DNA of 64,000 nt from Ptychomitrium polyphyllum (taxonomy: Eukaryota), in NCBI GenBank assembly GCA_973851085.1, contig OZ316775.1, forward strand, positions 19,468,001 through 19,532,000, in the 5' to 3' direction. The notes beneath the pieces are model-generated. The model ran no database searches. It was given only the letters and a program-made list of their open reading frames with translations, and had not been told where the DNA came from. The number at the start of each line of letters is the position of its first letter. Positions within the stretch are counted from its first letter, which is position 1. Positions 51,801 to 64,000 of the stretch are shown here, piece after piece. The translations under genes and the position numbers were made by a program.

Positions 51801-53345
51801 TATTGAGCCAAGTGCAAATTTTGAAGCATCTAATTCCAAATAGAAAGGTTTTGATGGATTTGGATGAATAAAGACTGGAGCCAATGTGAATGACTTCTTA
51901 AGACCTTAAAATGCTCCCTTGGCTTCTTCATTCCAAGTGAATTTTTTCTTCCTAGTAATTTGTGTCAATAATGCCTTAATCTTAGTATAGTCCTTGATGA
52001 ATATCTTATAGAAGTTTGCAAATATCAAGAAGCATTAAACATCTCAAATTGATCTTGGCGTACTCCATTCCATGACAAGGCTTATTTTCTTCTCATTCAT
52101 ATGGATTCCTCCTTTGGAAATGATGTAGCCTAAAAATTCAACCAAGGACTTATGAAAAAGGCACTTCTATAATTTGGCATATAATCCTTGTTAGCGTAGT
52201 TTTTCTAAAACCAATTGTACATGACATTCATTGTCTTATTCATCCTCTGAATATATCAAAATGTCATCCAAATAAATGACTACAAAATCGTCTAAGTGTT
52301 CATGGAAGATATCATTCATTATGTATTGGAGGACTTTAAGAACATTAGTAAGGCCAAAAGGCATGACATTGTATTCAAAATGGCCATATTCAAATAAAAA
52401 GGCTATCTTCTATTTGTCTTCTCCTTTGATGCATATAACATTATAGGCTTTCCTAAAATCAATCTTAATAAATATCTTTGCTTGGCTTAATTGCTGTAGG
52501 AATCTTGAAATTAATAGGTATAGATAGCAATTTTTCTTGGTCACTTTATTGAAGCCTCGGTAATCCACGTACATACGTAAAATTCCATCTTTGTTCTTTA
52601 TAAATAGTATGGGTGCTCTAACAGGTGATTTAAAATATTGGATGAAGTTTTTTCTAATATTTTCATCAATATATTCTCTCAAAGCAGTCAATTTGGTTTG
52701 TGATAAGTTATTAATATGTCCAAAAGGTGGTTGGACTCCTTGCAATGCGATGGCACAATCGTAAACCCAATGCTTTGGTATTATATTTGCATTTTTCTTT
52801 TAAAAAATGTCTTTATAATCTTGATATTGATGAGGTATGCCCTGATTAGTCTTTGGTATAGAGTCAAACATTAGTATGGCATAAATGGCATAGATTCGTT
52901 TCTCCTTTGCTGCTCTCATAATTGCCTTAGCTCCAATAAATGATAGTTCAAGATTTCATATACCTTGACGCCTTTTCCTTGAGACCACAGTCCGTGAGCG
53001 CCAATTAATGTCTGAATTATGTAATTTAAACCAAAGAAAGCTTAAGACAATAGGATTTATTTGGCATTAAATGATGTTGAAGACAATTTTAGATGTTTGG
53101 TTTTCTAATACAACCTTCAAGGATTGAATATCTTCAATAAAACTACCAAATGCAAATAATTGTCCACTAATAACTTCAATAAGTGCAGGATGTTTTTTGT
53201 TCACAAACACCATGTGCTGTTTGGTTGCAAAATCCTTATCTATGAAGCATGCCATTGCACCAGTATCTAAAAGAATTTCACTAACCATTTCATTATCTAA
53301 CAATTTGATTTTAATAAAAAAATATAAAGCAAGAAGTAGGGCTTG
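48819..53345 (-). mobile_element. Family-A Gypsy chromovirus: 3' LTR plus pol, cut at the protease by a family-B element
   Basis: LTR about 48819-49295; chromodomain (EYEVKKILD...EYLIHWKGYG), integrase (GPWLSLSMNFITDLP), RNase H (LELDASKFALGSILSQ...AAEINYNIHDKELLAIV), RT ([16 protein letters not shown]), protease (LLDTGAMACFID). Confidence 0.92.
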
Positions 53346-56300
53346 TGTTTACAGGCAAAGTAACTATAAGACAAGGCTTGAGGATTTTAGGACGTGGAAC
53401 AAGGTATGTCCAAGGTATATTAGAGATAAAGAGCTATAACAAGGTACAAAGACAAGGCCAAAAGGTCTGAGTTAGACCACAAGAGATATGTTGTTGAGAC
53501 TGAAGATTCTTTCAACCTTAATTCCTTTATATATTAGAATTACAAGCCTTGGAAGTGTTATAAGCCAAAGCAACTTCCATGGAAACTTTCTAAGCCAAAA
53601 ATTTGTTTGGAAGCTTCTTAAAGCATGATGATTTCCTTGGAAGCTTCCTAAGCTCAAATAACTTCCTTGGAAACTTCTTTAGCCAAGGTAACTTTCTTAA
53701 AAACATCCTTAACTGAGGTAACTTCTTTTGAAGCTTTCTAAGCCGAGGTAATTTCTTTAGAAGCTTCCCAAATCTTCTAAAAACTTCTCTAGATGCTTCT
53801 AATGTATATGTTTATGACACCACCTCTCTTTTTTAGCTCAAAGGTTTTGAAAGAGCATGTTGCAACAAGTGCTTAGAGTTGTAAGAAGTCAAAAATTTAT
53901 TGCATGGTATCTGCAACATATTCCAATTGCTTTTCACAATTCAAATGATTCATGGGTTCTTGTAACAACCGATAGTGTCTAGCGCCTTCTACTTGGAACC
54001 AAGTATGAACGTTTGTATCTTTCTAGTGAAAGCGTCCTTTAAACACTACTTCTGGTTAACTTTTGTAAGCTGGCTCCACTTCAAAGATAATCACCAACAA
54101 TCTATTGCTAGGTATTCTTTGACGTCTTTTTGGTCCAATCTATTCTTCATCATGAGGTAGTCAACAAGAGCCACTTAATTGAATTGACACCACTAGCATG
54201 GTATTTATATCTTGACTTCATGAGGTAGTCAACAAGAGCCACTTAATTGAATTGACACCACTAGCATGGTATTTATATCTTGACTTCATGAGGTAGTCAA
54301 CAAGAGCCACTTAATTGAATTGACACCACTAGCATGGTATTTATATCTTGACTGTCTATACCTAATATATTGAGCTACTCTTAAGGAACTATGATGAACT
54401 TCAAAATACAAACAACTAATTTTTTAAATCATGTATGAGGCTTTGGAAACTTATGATCTAGGAATTATTTTTTCTCCTACTTAGAAGCCCAAGCATCAAG
54501 AGCATATAAAATTACGCAACCTTATCAAGCCATTATTCCTTGTGCTGCTATTTTTAATTTGGATGGATATTGTTAATAGAACTCACAAACTTTTGCTAAT
54601 AAATTGGCAAGATTGTTAGCTTGCTTCCATGTATATTCACTAATGTCATATCCGCACCAATGGACCAAACATTCCAGCTTTCCATATCTTACGCATAAAT
54701 CAAGCACTTCTTCCACTTCAAATTCATGATGATAGTTGATTTTGACTATAAGTAGTAGCAGCTGCTTTTGTCCAAGGATACTTAATTTCTTATAAGTTTT
54801 TAAAAATAAAACGTGGAAGACGGGATGTACTTTCATTGATAGTGGTAGTTCCAAAAAATATGCCATGTGATTGACATGTTTTTTAATTACAAATTGTCCT
54901 GATCTGCAATAGTCTAGCTTGTTACATAGACTATTGGTCCTTACATTGCGTCAAAGGAACCACACCTTTTCACCAACTTAGAATTGAGGTTGTTCTTTTT
55001 TTATTTTATCTGCTGCCGTTTTGTATTGTTTGTGAGCTTCTTCTAATTGAGTCTTCATTGTTGTTTGAAGCTTTGCCATCCTTATGGCAAATTCCTCTGC
55101 GGATGGAATTTTAAATTGTGGAGATTGTAACATATTCTTTGGATGATGTCCATAGTTGAAGTAGAATGGCGTTTGTTAGGTGTAAGTGTGAGCGGTATTG
55201 TTATCAACAAACTTAGCCAATGTCAACTAAGGAGTTCAATCACCTTGTTGGTAGTTGATGGTACATGTCAAATATTGCTCCAAGATTTGGTTGACTCACT
55301 TTATTTGGCCATCAATCTACGGATAGAAGGCAAAAGAAAGTTTGATGTCTATCTTAAGGATTTCAAAGAACAACTTCCAAAATCTTGATACAAATTATGG
55401 TCTATTATCTGATATAATATTGTCAACTAATCCTTAGTAGCGGTAGACATTATTCATAAATCGTGTGGCTGTTTCTTCATCCGTAATTGTCTTTTTGCAC
55501 GGTATAAAATGTGCCATTTCAGTCAATTCCTCTATCACAACATAGATGGTATCAAAAAAATTTGACAATAGAAAATCTATAATGAAATTTATTGAAACAA
55601 ACAATCATAATTGGCTTAAAATAGGCAATGGTTGGAGAAATTTATATAGACGGTGTCAGGGATTCTTTGATCGAGAGCATGTATTATACAAGAATACAAA
55701 CTTCGTAACGGCCTTCCACATTTGAGGCCATTAAAATTCTCAAGAAAAGAATTCCAAGGTTTTGTTGAATCCAAAATGTCCAACCGCAGAAAAGTCATGA
55801 CACGTTTAAAGTACACAAAAGCAAACTGGTCCTTTTTGGAATATATAGACATTCTTCAAAGTAGAGAAGGTTGTTTTCTAATTTGAACTTAGATACATCT
55901 TTAGGGAGGTTGTCAAAATAACGCTTGATATCAAAAATAAGAGGGTCTTTGGTAGATGCCACACAAACCTGGTCAAGGGACAATGAATTCACCAGAGTTG
56001 AAATGTTGATTGTATGTATACAAAATTATTTGGGTTTCAACAAAATTGCTTATTGTCAATTGTGTGTTGCTTCTTCTTCCTTTGGCGTAAGATATGATTG
56101 CCTTGACAAAGCATCTAACAACCTTTGCTGTTTTTTTTATTAATATGTGATGCAAAAATCAAATTGTAATAGAGACATATTCCAACAAGCTTAGCGGCAA
56201 TTCAAAACACAGGCTGACATGAAATATTTCAAGTTCTTGTGGTTTATATATACAATAATTGGATGCGCAGCATCCTTAAGCAAGTGATGCTATTCTTAGA

Positions 56301-58470
56301 TGGAATCTACAATTGCAAGGAGTTCCTTGTTGTAGATCTTGTAGTTGATTTCTACAACTAAAATTTTCTAGAATGGAATGCAATTGGATGGGCTCTTCTT
56401 TTTCTTCCTATTTGTGACAAACCTCCTCTTAGTGCAAAGTCAGACGCATTTGCTTCAAGATAAAATTGCTTAAAAAACTTTAGATGGACCAGAATAGGAA
56501 CTATGGTAAAGGTTTGCTTCAAGCTTTGGAATGCATCCTTAGTACCAAATATCCACTCAAGTTTTTCCTTATATGTTAATTACGTGAGTGGTGCAACAAT
56601 TAGAAAATAGTCTTTCATGAAGATCCTATAAAAGTTTGCAAATCCAAGAAAACATTGAACATCACATACCAATTTTGGCCTCGTCCAATTGCTGATTGCT
56701 TTTACCTTCTTTGATTCCATCAATAGTCCTTTATTGAAGATGATATATTCAAAGAATTCCACTTGAGGTTCATGGAATATACATTTTCTAGCTTGGCATA
56801 TAAAGTGGCATTTTGTAGCTTTTGTAGAATTATGCGGATATGTCATTTATATTCTTCTAGATTTTTTGAGTAGATTAAGATATCATCCAAATAGCATATT
56901 ACAAAATCATCGAGGCACTCCCAAAATATGTCATTTATCAAGTACTGAGAAATGGCAAGTGCGTTGGTAAGTCCAAAAGGCATGACATTGTATTCAAAAT
57001 ATCCATACCTTATTCAAAAAATTGTCTTCCATTCATCTCTTTCTTTGATGAGTACAAAATTATAAGCTCTTTGCAGGTTTATTTTGGTATAGATCTTTGC
57101 TCAACCAAGTTGATCAAGAAGTCTAGATATCAGCGGCAATAGCTAATGGTTCTTCACCGTCATTTTGTTGAAGCCGCGGTAATCAACACACATTTGTAAA
57201 GATCCATCTCTGTTTTTCACAAAAAATAGTGGAGCACCAGTAAGAGATTTTGAATGTCAAATGAAGTTCTTGGCTAAATTTTCATCAATATATTCCCTTA
57301 GTAATGAAAGCTTGTTTTGGAATTAATTATAGATAGATCCAAATGATAGTTGGACACCATCTTGGAGGTTTATGTCATAATCGTAGGAATAATGTTCTGA
57401 TATGTTATTAGCATTCTTCTTTTCAAATACATTGTTGAATTCCTTATATTTTTACGAGAATGATTAAAGATGTAGCCTTAATTTTGGACGTTGGAGTTGC
57501 ATATATATAAAAAAAAGCACCGGTCTTTGCTATTCTCATAAATGCTCTAGCTCCAATAAAAAGAAGGTTTATGGTCTTAAATTTATAAAATGCTTCAGCT
57601 TCCTCTATAGGCTTAGTAGTTACAGGTTCTAATGATGGAAATTTTATTTTGCAGGATATCTAATCTACCTAGGGTAGTACTTTTCAAGCTAGTAAAGCCC
57701 TAGAATGATGGAATTTGGCGGAGCTCTAATGACATTAGATGTTATTTAGCTACTGTGGTTGTCTAATGATACTATTAATGGATTGATCTTATAAATAACA
57801 TCTTCGGAAGATAATAGTCAACCATCTATGACTTCTATATGAATAGGTTTGGATTTTCTTTTAAAAAAAAACTTATGGATTTTTAAAAATGTTTTGTCAA
57901 TAAAGCAAGCAAAGGCTCCTAAATCTATTAGAGCAAGGTTTTTGAGCTTTTGAATACGTAAATTAATAGGTAAAGTAAAACAAGAAAAATGATGAGTTGA
58001 TAGAATAGGATTTTATTTTTTTTGTAAAAGAAGCAAATCCAACCGCACGGTTCCTATTATAGTTGGACATCCTCATTTTCCTACAAAGCATTCAACATTG
58101 TGGTTGTACCTCTCATCCAATATGTACGTAGAGGTTTCTCTGAGCAATTATCAACCTTATGGCCAGGTTTTCCATAGTACAAATACAACCTTTGTTTTTT
58201 TTGTCACTTCTTCTCATATTTCGTACAAAGCTTGAAGCAAACCGCATTAATTTGCATGGCTTCCGCTTCCTAATATATATTAGAAGTGGATGGGGCTAAG
58301 GCTATTGAAAAGTTGATATATGGTTGCGGCATTATCAAAGCCAACTTATCTTGTTGACATTGAAATAGATGATTATTGCACTTCAAAGCTTGGCTGATGG
58401 CTTCATCAAGTATTTGGAGGTCTGGCACAAATAGCAATAAATCCTTAACCTCGTTGTGAGCCAAATAAAT
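53346..58470 (-). mobile_element. Family-B Gypsy chromovirus: 3' LTR plus degenerate gag-pol, 5'-truncated
   Basis: LTR 53346-53819 with adjacent polypurine tract; chromodomain (EFEVEEVLD...LVHWCGYD), integrase, RNase H, RT (VQCFLGFANFYR), gag end (EAMQINA). Confidence 0.9.
54151..54353. repeat. Perfect 68-bp tandem triplication inside the retroelement 3' untranslated region
   Basis: catgaggtagtcaacaagagccacttaattgaattgacaccactagcatggtatttatatcttgact at 54151, 54219 and 54287. Confidence 0.95.
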
Positions 58471-59324
58471 TTTTTCACTAATTAAGAAGAATAATCCTAA
58501 TTGCGTTGTAGTTTGGGTTTGTCTAAGTATTTTCATGAGCTGAAAATTTACCTTTTTTTGTAAGTGGCCACTTTCCAACTTACAAGGGTTAACTAATTAA
58601 AAGGGCATATGGCTAAATAAAAGGCTAAATGGAAGGTGATTAAGCCCAAGAATATAATTATGAAAAATTTACCTTGTCATTGTGATTTTAACTCTAATCA
58701 ACATCAATATCAATCCTAAATTCAAAGCCTTAGGCTTCAAAATGGCTTACTTCAAGGTGCTCCAACCCTCAAAATTTCAAGTTTAACCCTCAATTCTATA
58801 ATTAGCTATGGCAGTTCAAAGTCAACCATTTTTTCTGCCTAAGTCTTTTCACCTATTTACAGTCAACTTTCCTTTTTCTTAGCCACCTTTCCATATTGCT
58901 AAAATTTTGATCCCCTAAAACCAACTTTAACTATTGGATACCTAAACTCTTTTACACCTCAAAAAATTTATTCAAAATACTTACTTCTCTTTTCTTCAAA
59001 ACTACTTGTGTAAAATTAATAGTTTAACTATTCCAAAACCTAATTCTAAATTTAGCTATTTTTTGCTCAAAAAGACTAAGTGGTGTGCTCCAAATTAACT
59101 CTTGTTTGCTTAAAAAACTAAGTATCTCTTTGCTTGCCTTCTTCTCTTTTTTATAGAAGACTTCACTTCTCTATTCCATTCTCATTGGTTGCTGAAATTT
59201 CTAGGCCACTTGACCATAATTTATACTTTGACTTTTTCCTAAATGCAGCTGCTATTTTAAATTTAGCTATTTTCTAAATTTATCAGTTGTTCTAAAATCA
59301 AAAACAGTCGTAGATTTTTACTAT

Positions 59325-59740
59325 TGTTCTAAAGACTATGTTGCATGATTTATGACCGTGACAGTTGCCATATCTTGATGTATCAATTACCATTCCAAGC
59401 GTTGTTCTTAGCGCCTCTTAAACAATCTATTGTTACATGCTATTGTTTGAATGATGAATTTGTCCAACGTTTCAATCTTTGGCATTATAAGTAGCAAGTC
59501 TTTCAGACTCTCTCTCAAGCTTTCAAACTTTCTCTCAAACACTTTCTTTTAATCTTTCTTCAAAAAAAGTAGTACTTGCTTTTAGAAGAAGGAATTAACT
59601 TATGGTATTATCTTAAAAGAGGTTAATCCGCAACCTCTAAGATGCTATGGAATCCTAAAGAAAATGGATATTTAACTATTTTCTTCAAAGAACCTAAGCT
59701 TTGACAAAGATAAAAAAACTAGTTTCGCGATTTGCTAATG
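59325..59740 (-). mobile_element. Family-A fragments: LTR terminus plus internally deleted gag/5' leader
   Basis: LTR end ...gttgcatgatttatgaccgtgaca at 59363; 59400-59520 resembles 15540-15660 and 59555-59730 resembles 16365-16540. Confidence 0.7.
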
Positions 59741-61066
59741 AGGAACACAACCTTTGGGGCTTGCTTTTTTTTAAAAAGAACACCTTATTTTATTTTTTAT
59801 TTTTATTTGGCGGGCTTGATTTCCAAACTAAAGGATTTGAAGCCCTTTTTACTTAAGAATTAAGCTTTAATTTTTTTTCTATTTTTTTAAATTTTTATTC
59901 AATAAAAAGCTCTAAAGTGGCTTTTCTATTGGCGCAATCGCGCCCATGACCAAAAAGTTCAAAAAAATAATTAGTTTTTGGCTTTATTTTATCATTTTTG
60001 GCCTTCAACAAAGGCTTTGCGCCCTCAATACGCTACCTCCATAGTTATAGCTCTTAGAAGGCACAATTCAAATGTGGTAACCAAAATGTTGAAGGGCTCT
60101 TTATTACATTGCCAAAACATGTTAGAAAACCACAAGGGCATAGACGTAGAGCACATCAAAGTGAAATCCTTGTGTATTTGTAGAAAACTTATAGACAAGC
60201 ACTGCCATGTTTAAAACAAGCAAGAAAATGTAAAAATTCTCATTTCTTAGGTTTTCACAAGAATCCGAGTCAAAAAGAGGGTAACTACCTTGAACTTCAA
60301 ATGCTTCCCAAATGCGCCCTCCTAGGCACACAACAGTAAGTAAACCAAGCCAACTAACATTTCCAAATTGTACACTAAGGTCTTTAAATAATCACTTAGT
60401 GGAAAAAGAAGTAATGAAGCAATGCAAACAACTTATTCAGTTTGCCTTTTTTCTGAAGATATTAATTCCAAAAAGATAGGGATGTGTAGCACAAAAGAGC
60501 TTTTAGCTTTGTAAATAGCAAATAAGAAATTAGAAGCTATAATTTTTGTTATAAAGTAAAAGTCATAAACACCTTGTAGCTAATTAACTAGATGCTAAGA
60601 GACCCGACGTTTCCTATAACAATCACTTTCACCACAACATTTGGTGCATATGTTAATGTTGAATTAATTTACAATTCAAAAATCAAGGCTTTATAAAAGA
60701 AATTGTAGAATATCATTCTCAATTGATACTTTTATCAGTTAATATGAAATTGCAATTAATATAATTTTGTAAATATTGATTTCTAAATTGCAATCCAAAA
60801 TTATAATGGATGTTGCTTATAACAAATTGAAGGCCATTGACCACCAAAATAAGAGCTAATTAAGATATTTTTTGCATATTGTAGTATTTTTAAAAATATA
60901 TGTCAATTCTTATTTTTAAAATTGTAACAATCAATCACATTTAAGAGGTCTGTTGTCTATTTCTACATTTTTTTTAAAGTTTTCATTAGAATTAGTTTCA
61001 CAAATTTGTCAAATAAAATTTCATTTGTTATTAAATATTGTTAGAGCTTCATGGTACCATTGCTTT

Positions 61067-62640
61067 TGTTATGCACAAAATAACAATAAGGCAAGATTTC
61101 AGGGCTCTAGAATATGGAACAAGGTATGTTCAAGGTATATTAGAAATAAAGAGCTGTAAGGAGGTACAAAGACAGAGCCAAAAGGTCTGAGCTATATTAC
61201 AAGAGATTCCTTCAACCTTAACTCCTGTATATACTAAGATTACAAGCCTTAAAAGCTTCTTGAGAAGCTTCTAGTATATTGTTTTGTATTTAAGCAACTT
61301 CAAATTGCTTCCTTAGAAGCTTCCTAAGTCCAAGCAACTTCTTTAGAAGCTTCCTAAACCTTCTAAGAATCTTTCTAGATGCTTCTAATATATATGTCTA
61401 TGACATTTCCTCCCTTTTTAGCTCCAAGATCTTATAGGAGTATGTTGGAATAAGTGCTTAGACTCTGAGGAAGTCAAAAAAATTATGCATGGTATTTGCA
61501 ATATATTCCAATTGCCTTTCATGATTCAAATGGTAAATAGATCCTTATAACCATTAATAGTGTTCAACACCTTTTACTTGGAACCAAGTATGAACTTCCA
61601 TATCTTCGTTGTGAAAGCGTCTTTGAAAAACAGCTTTTGAATAATCTTCATAAATTGGCTCTACTTCAAAATCAATCATCAACAATCTATTGCTATATAT
61701 CCTTTGACGTCTTTTTGGTTTGACTTGCTCTTCATTATGATACCATCAACGTAAGCTACTTGATTAAACTGACACCATTAGCATGGTATTTGCATCATGG
61801 ATGTCTATAACTGATATATCAAATTAATTTCAAGGAATTATAATAAATCCAAAATACAAAGGCCTAGATTCTAAATCAAATATGGAGCTTTGGAAACTTA
61901 TGGTCTAGGAATTGCATTTTCTTCTACTTAAAAGTCCAAGAATTAAGAATTTGCAAGATTATGCAACTTTACCAAGCCACTATTCTTTAAGCTACTATTT
62001 TTGGTTTGGATGGATATTGTCAATGGAACTTACAAATTTTTACTAATAAATTAGTAAGGTTATTAACTTACTTCCATGTATGTGCACTAATATCAAATCC
62101 ATACCAATGGACCAAGTATTCCAACTTTTTACATCTTATCAGTAAACCAAGCACTTCTTCCACTTCAAATTCATGATGATCGTTGATTTTGACCACAAGT
62201 GGTGGCAATTACCTTTATCCACGGATAGTTGATTCCTTATAAACTTCCAAAAATAAAACATAAAAGAATAGATATACTTTCATTAATATTGGTAGTTCCA
62301 AACAATGTACCATGTAGTTGACTTGATTTTGAATTGCAAATGGTTCTAATCTACGATAGTTCAATTTATTATATGGCCTCTTACTCTTTATATTGCGTTA
62401 AAGGAACCACATCGTTTTACCAATTTGAAATGGAAGTTGTTCATTATTTGTTGTATTTGCTGCAATTTTGTATTGTCCTTAAGTTTCTTTTAGTTGAGCC
62501 TTCATGGTTTCTTGAAGCTTTGCCATTCTTGTGGTAGATTCCTCTACTATTAGAGTTTCAAATTGTAGAGGCTATAATATATCTATCTTTGGATGATGCC
62601 TATAATTGGAATAGAATGGCATTGTCGTGGTGAGAGTGGT
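61067..62640 (-). mobile_element. Family-B Gypsy fragment: 3' LTR, chromodomain and end of integrase
   Basis: LTR 61067-61405 (tgtta...tgaca); collinear with 53346-55190; minus strand reads EFEVEEVLG...KLEYLVHWYGFD. Confidence 0.88.
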
Positions 62641-64000
62641 AACTACAGGAAATACAAGGTCTTTTTTAGCATTTAATTGATCAAGGTCAAGATGCATGAA
62701 GAGTTTCCATTTCTAACACCCAATGAAGCAAATACCCTATCCCAAATTTTCCTTCTAAACTGCCTTGAAAATCCCGAATGCTAAATATGTCATAACTTCT
62801 AGCAAACTAATCCAAAGCACCTAAAATTTTAACAAAACCTTTTTAAAACATTCAATAGAGTATATATAAATTTTGGTTGCCAAATCCTTAGTACCCTTTA
62901 AGATCCATAACTTCAAAGTTTACATTCTTCATTACTACTATTCCTATATCCCCATCACTTTATCAATTCATAACTTTTTTTTTATGATAAATTCAAATTT
63001 TAAAATTTTGTGTACATAATACTTATCTTAAAATAAACACCTTGTCAAAAGATCAACCTTGGAAAACCCTTCTATCATCTATAATGACCCAAATTGTAGA
63101 ATTCCAAACTCTACTGTACATTGCCTTTTATGTCCCGATTGCATTTGTCTTTGTATCTTTTGCTCAAGAAGTTCAATGTTCACCAAATTTTGACATCGTC
63201 TTTTCAAAGTAATTAAAACCTTTTATTATAAATTTCACTTACAAAAGACTTTACTATAAGAAGGTACAAACATTCAAACTAGCTGCTCTCAGGAACTCAA
63301 GGCAACTAACTTAACTTTATTCAAACTAAAAGCACGACCACATACTAACTCCAAATGGAGCGTGTGATGGCTTTCTGGAAAGCTTACAAAGAAAAAAAAA
63401 AAACCAACAAAAACCAACTCAAACTAAGAAGTATACTATAAGATCTCACCCAAAGAAAGGCTGCTTTCTTATTCTAGTAGGAGAGGCCGAGAGGGAAAAA
63501 TGAGGCGGTGGTCAAACCGCCACATCCGCCCTTAATCTCTTCACATCAACTATATCTCTCCACATCAGCCCCTAATCTCCTTTATCAAACCCTTATCTAA
63601 CCAAATCTTCAAATAAAAAACAAGCTAAATCCCTTTCTTTTGCTTTCTTTCTTTTCTTTCTTTTGGTTTAAACTTCTAAATTCCATCTACAAAGAAGATA
63701 AAATCAACTCTCACAAGTTTAAAATAGAAACTACAAAAAACTAAAATAAATTAAATAAAGTAAGAAAAAGATTGAAATTTAATAAAAAACAAGTTAAGAA
63801 TAAAACCATTGTCGAGGTAGGTTCAGACACTAAGTTATAAACTTGGAAGACTGAATAAGTTTCAGCTGCAGAATGGGTCCGAGTTCAATTCTTATCAAAT
63901 TTGTTGAGTAGAACGGCAGCACTTGACTTGGTACTGCTAACGAAAACGGCAGGCAAGAAAAATTACAGTCAATTAGCCTCATCACCCTAAGCTAAGATAA

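Overview
Eukaryotic plant genomic DNA: intron-rich genes in GC-richer islands separated by AT-rich, decayed chromoviral Ty3/Gypsy retrotransposons. Gene content and TE style suggest a moss such as Physcomitrium patens (inference). Genes assembled by hand from GT-AG splice sites are the 3' end of a mitochondrial carrier, an intronless FKBP15-type PPIase, a 7-exon MAGL/CSE-type alpha/beta hydrolase, a 2-exon dirigent-like protein, a 19-exon AGO4-clade Argonaute and a convergent microbial-type epoxide-hydrolase-like gene. About 40% of the window is nested, degenerate LTR elements of two LTR families. Main oddities: the Argonaute keeps its MID pocket and DEDH tetrad but has one frameshift in exon 3; two diverged, coding-like copies of an unknown membrane/secreted protein sequence occur, one just upstream of the AGO start; the hydrolase looks horizontally acquired and has a possible ATGA-overlapping upstream ORF; and the LTRs carry heat-shock-element arrays next to their TATA box. 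No database searches could be run, so all family calls rest on motif recognition.
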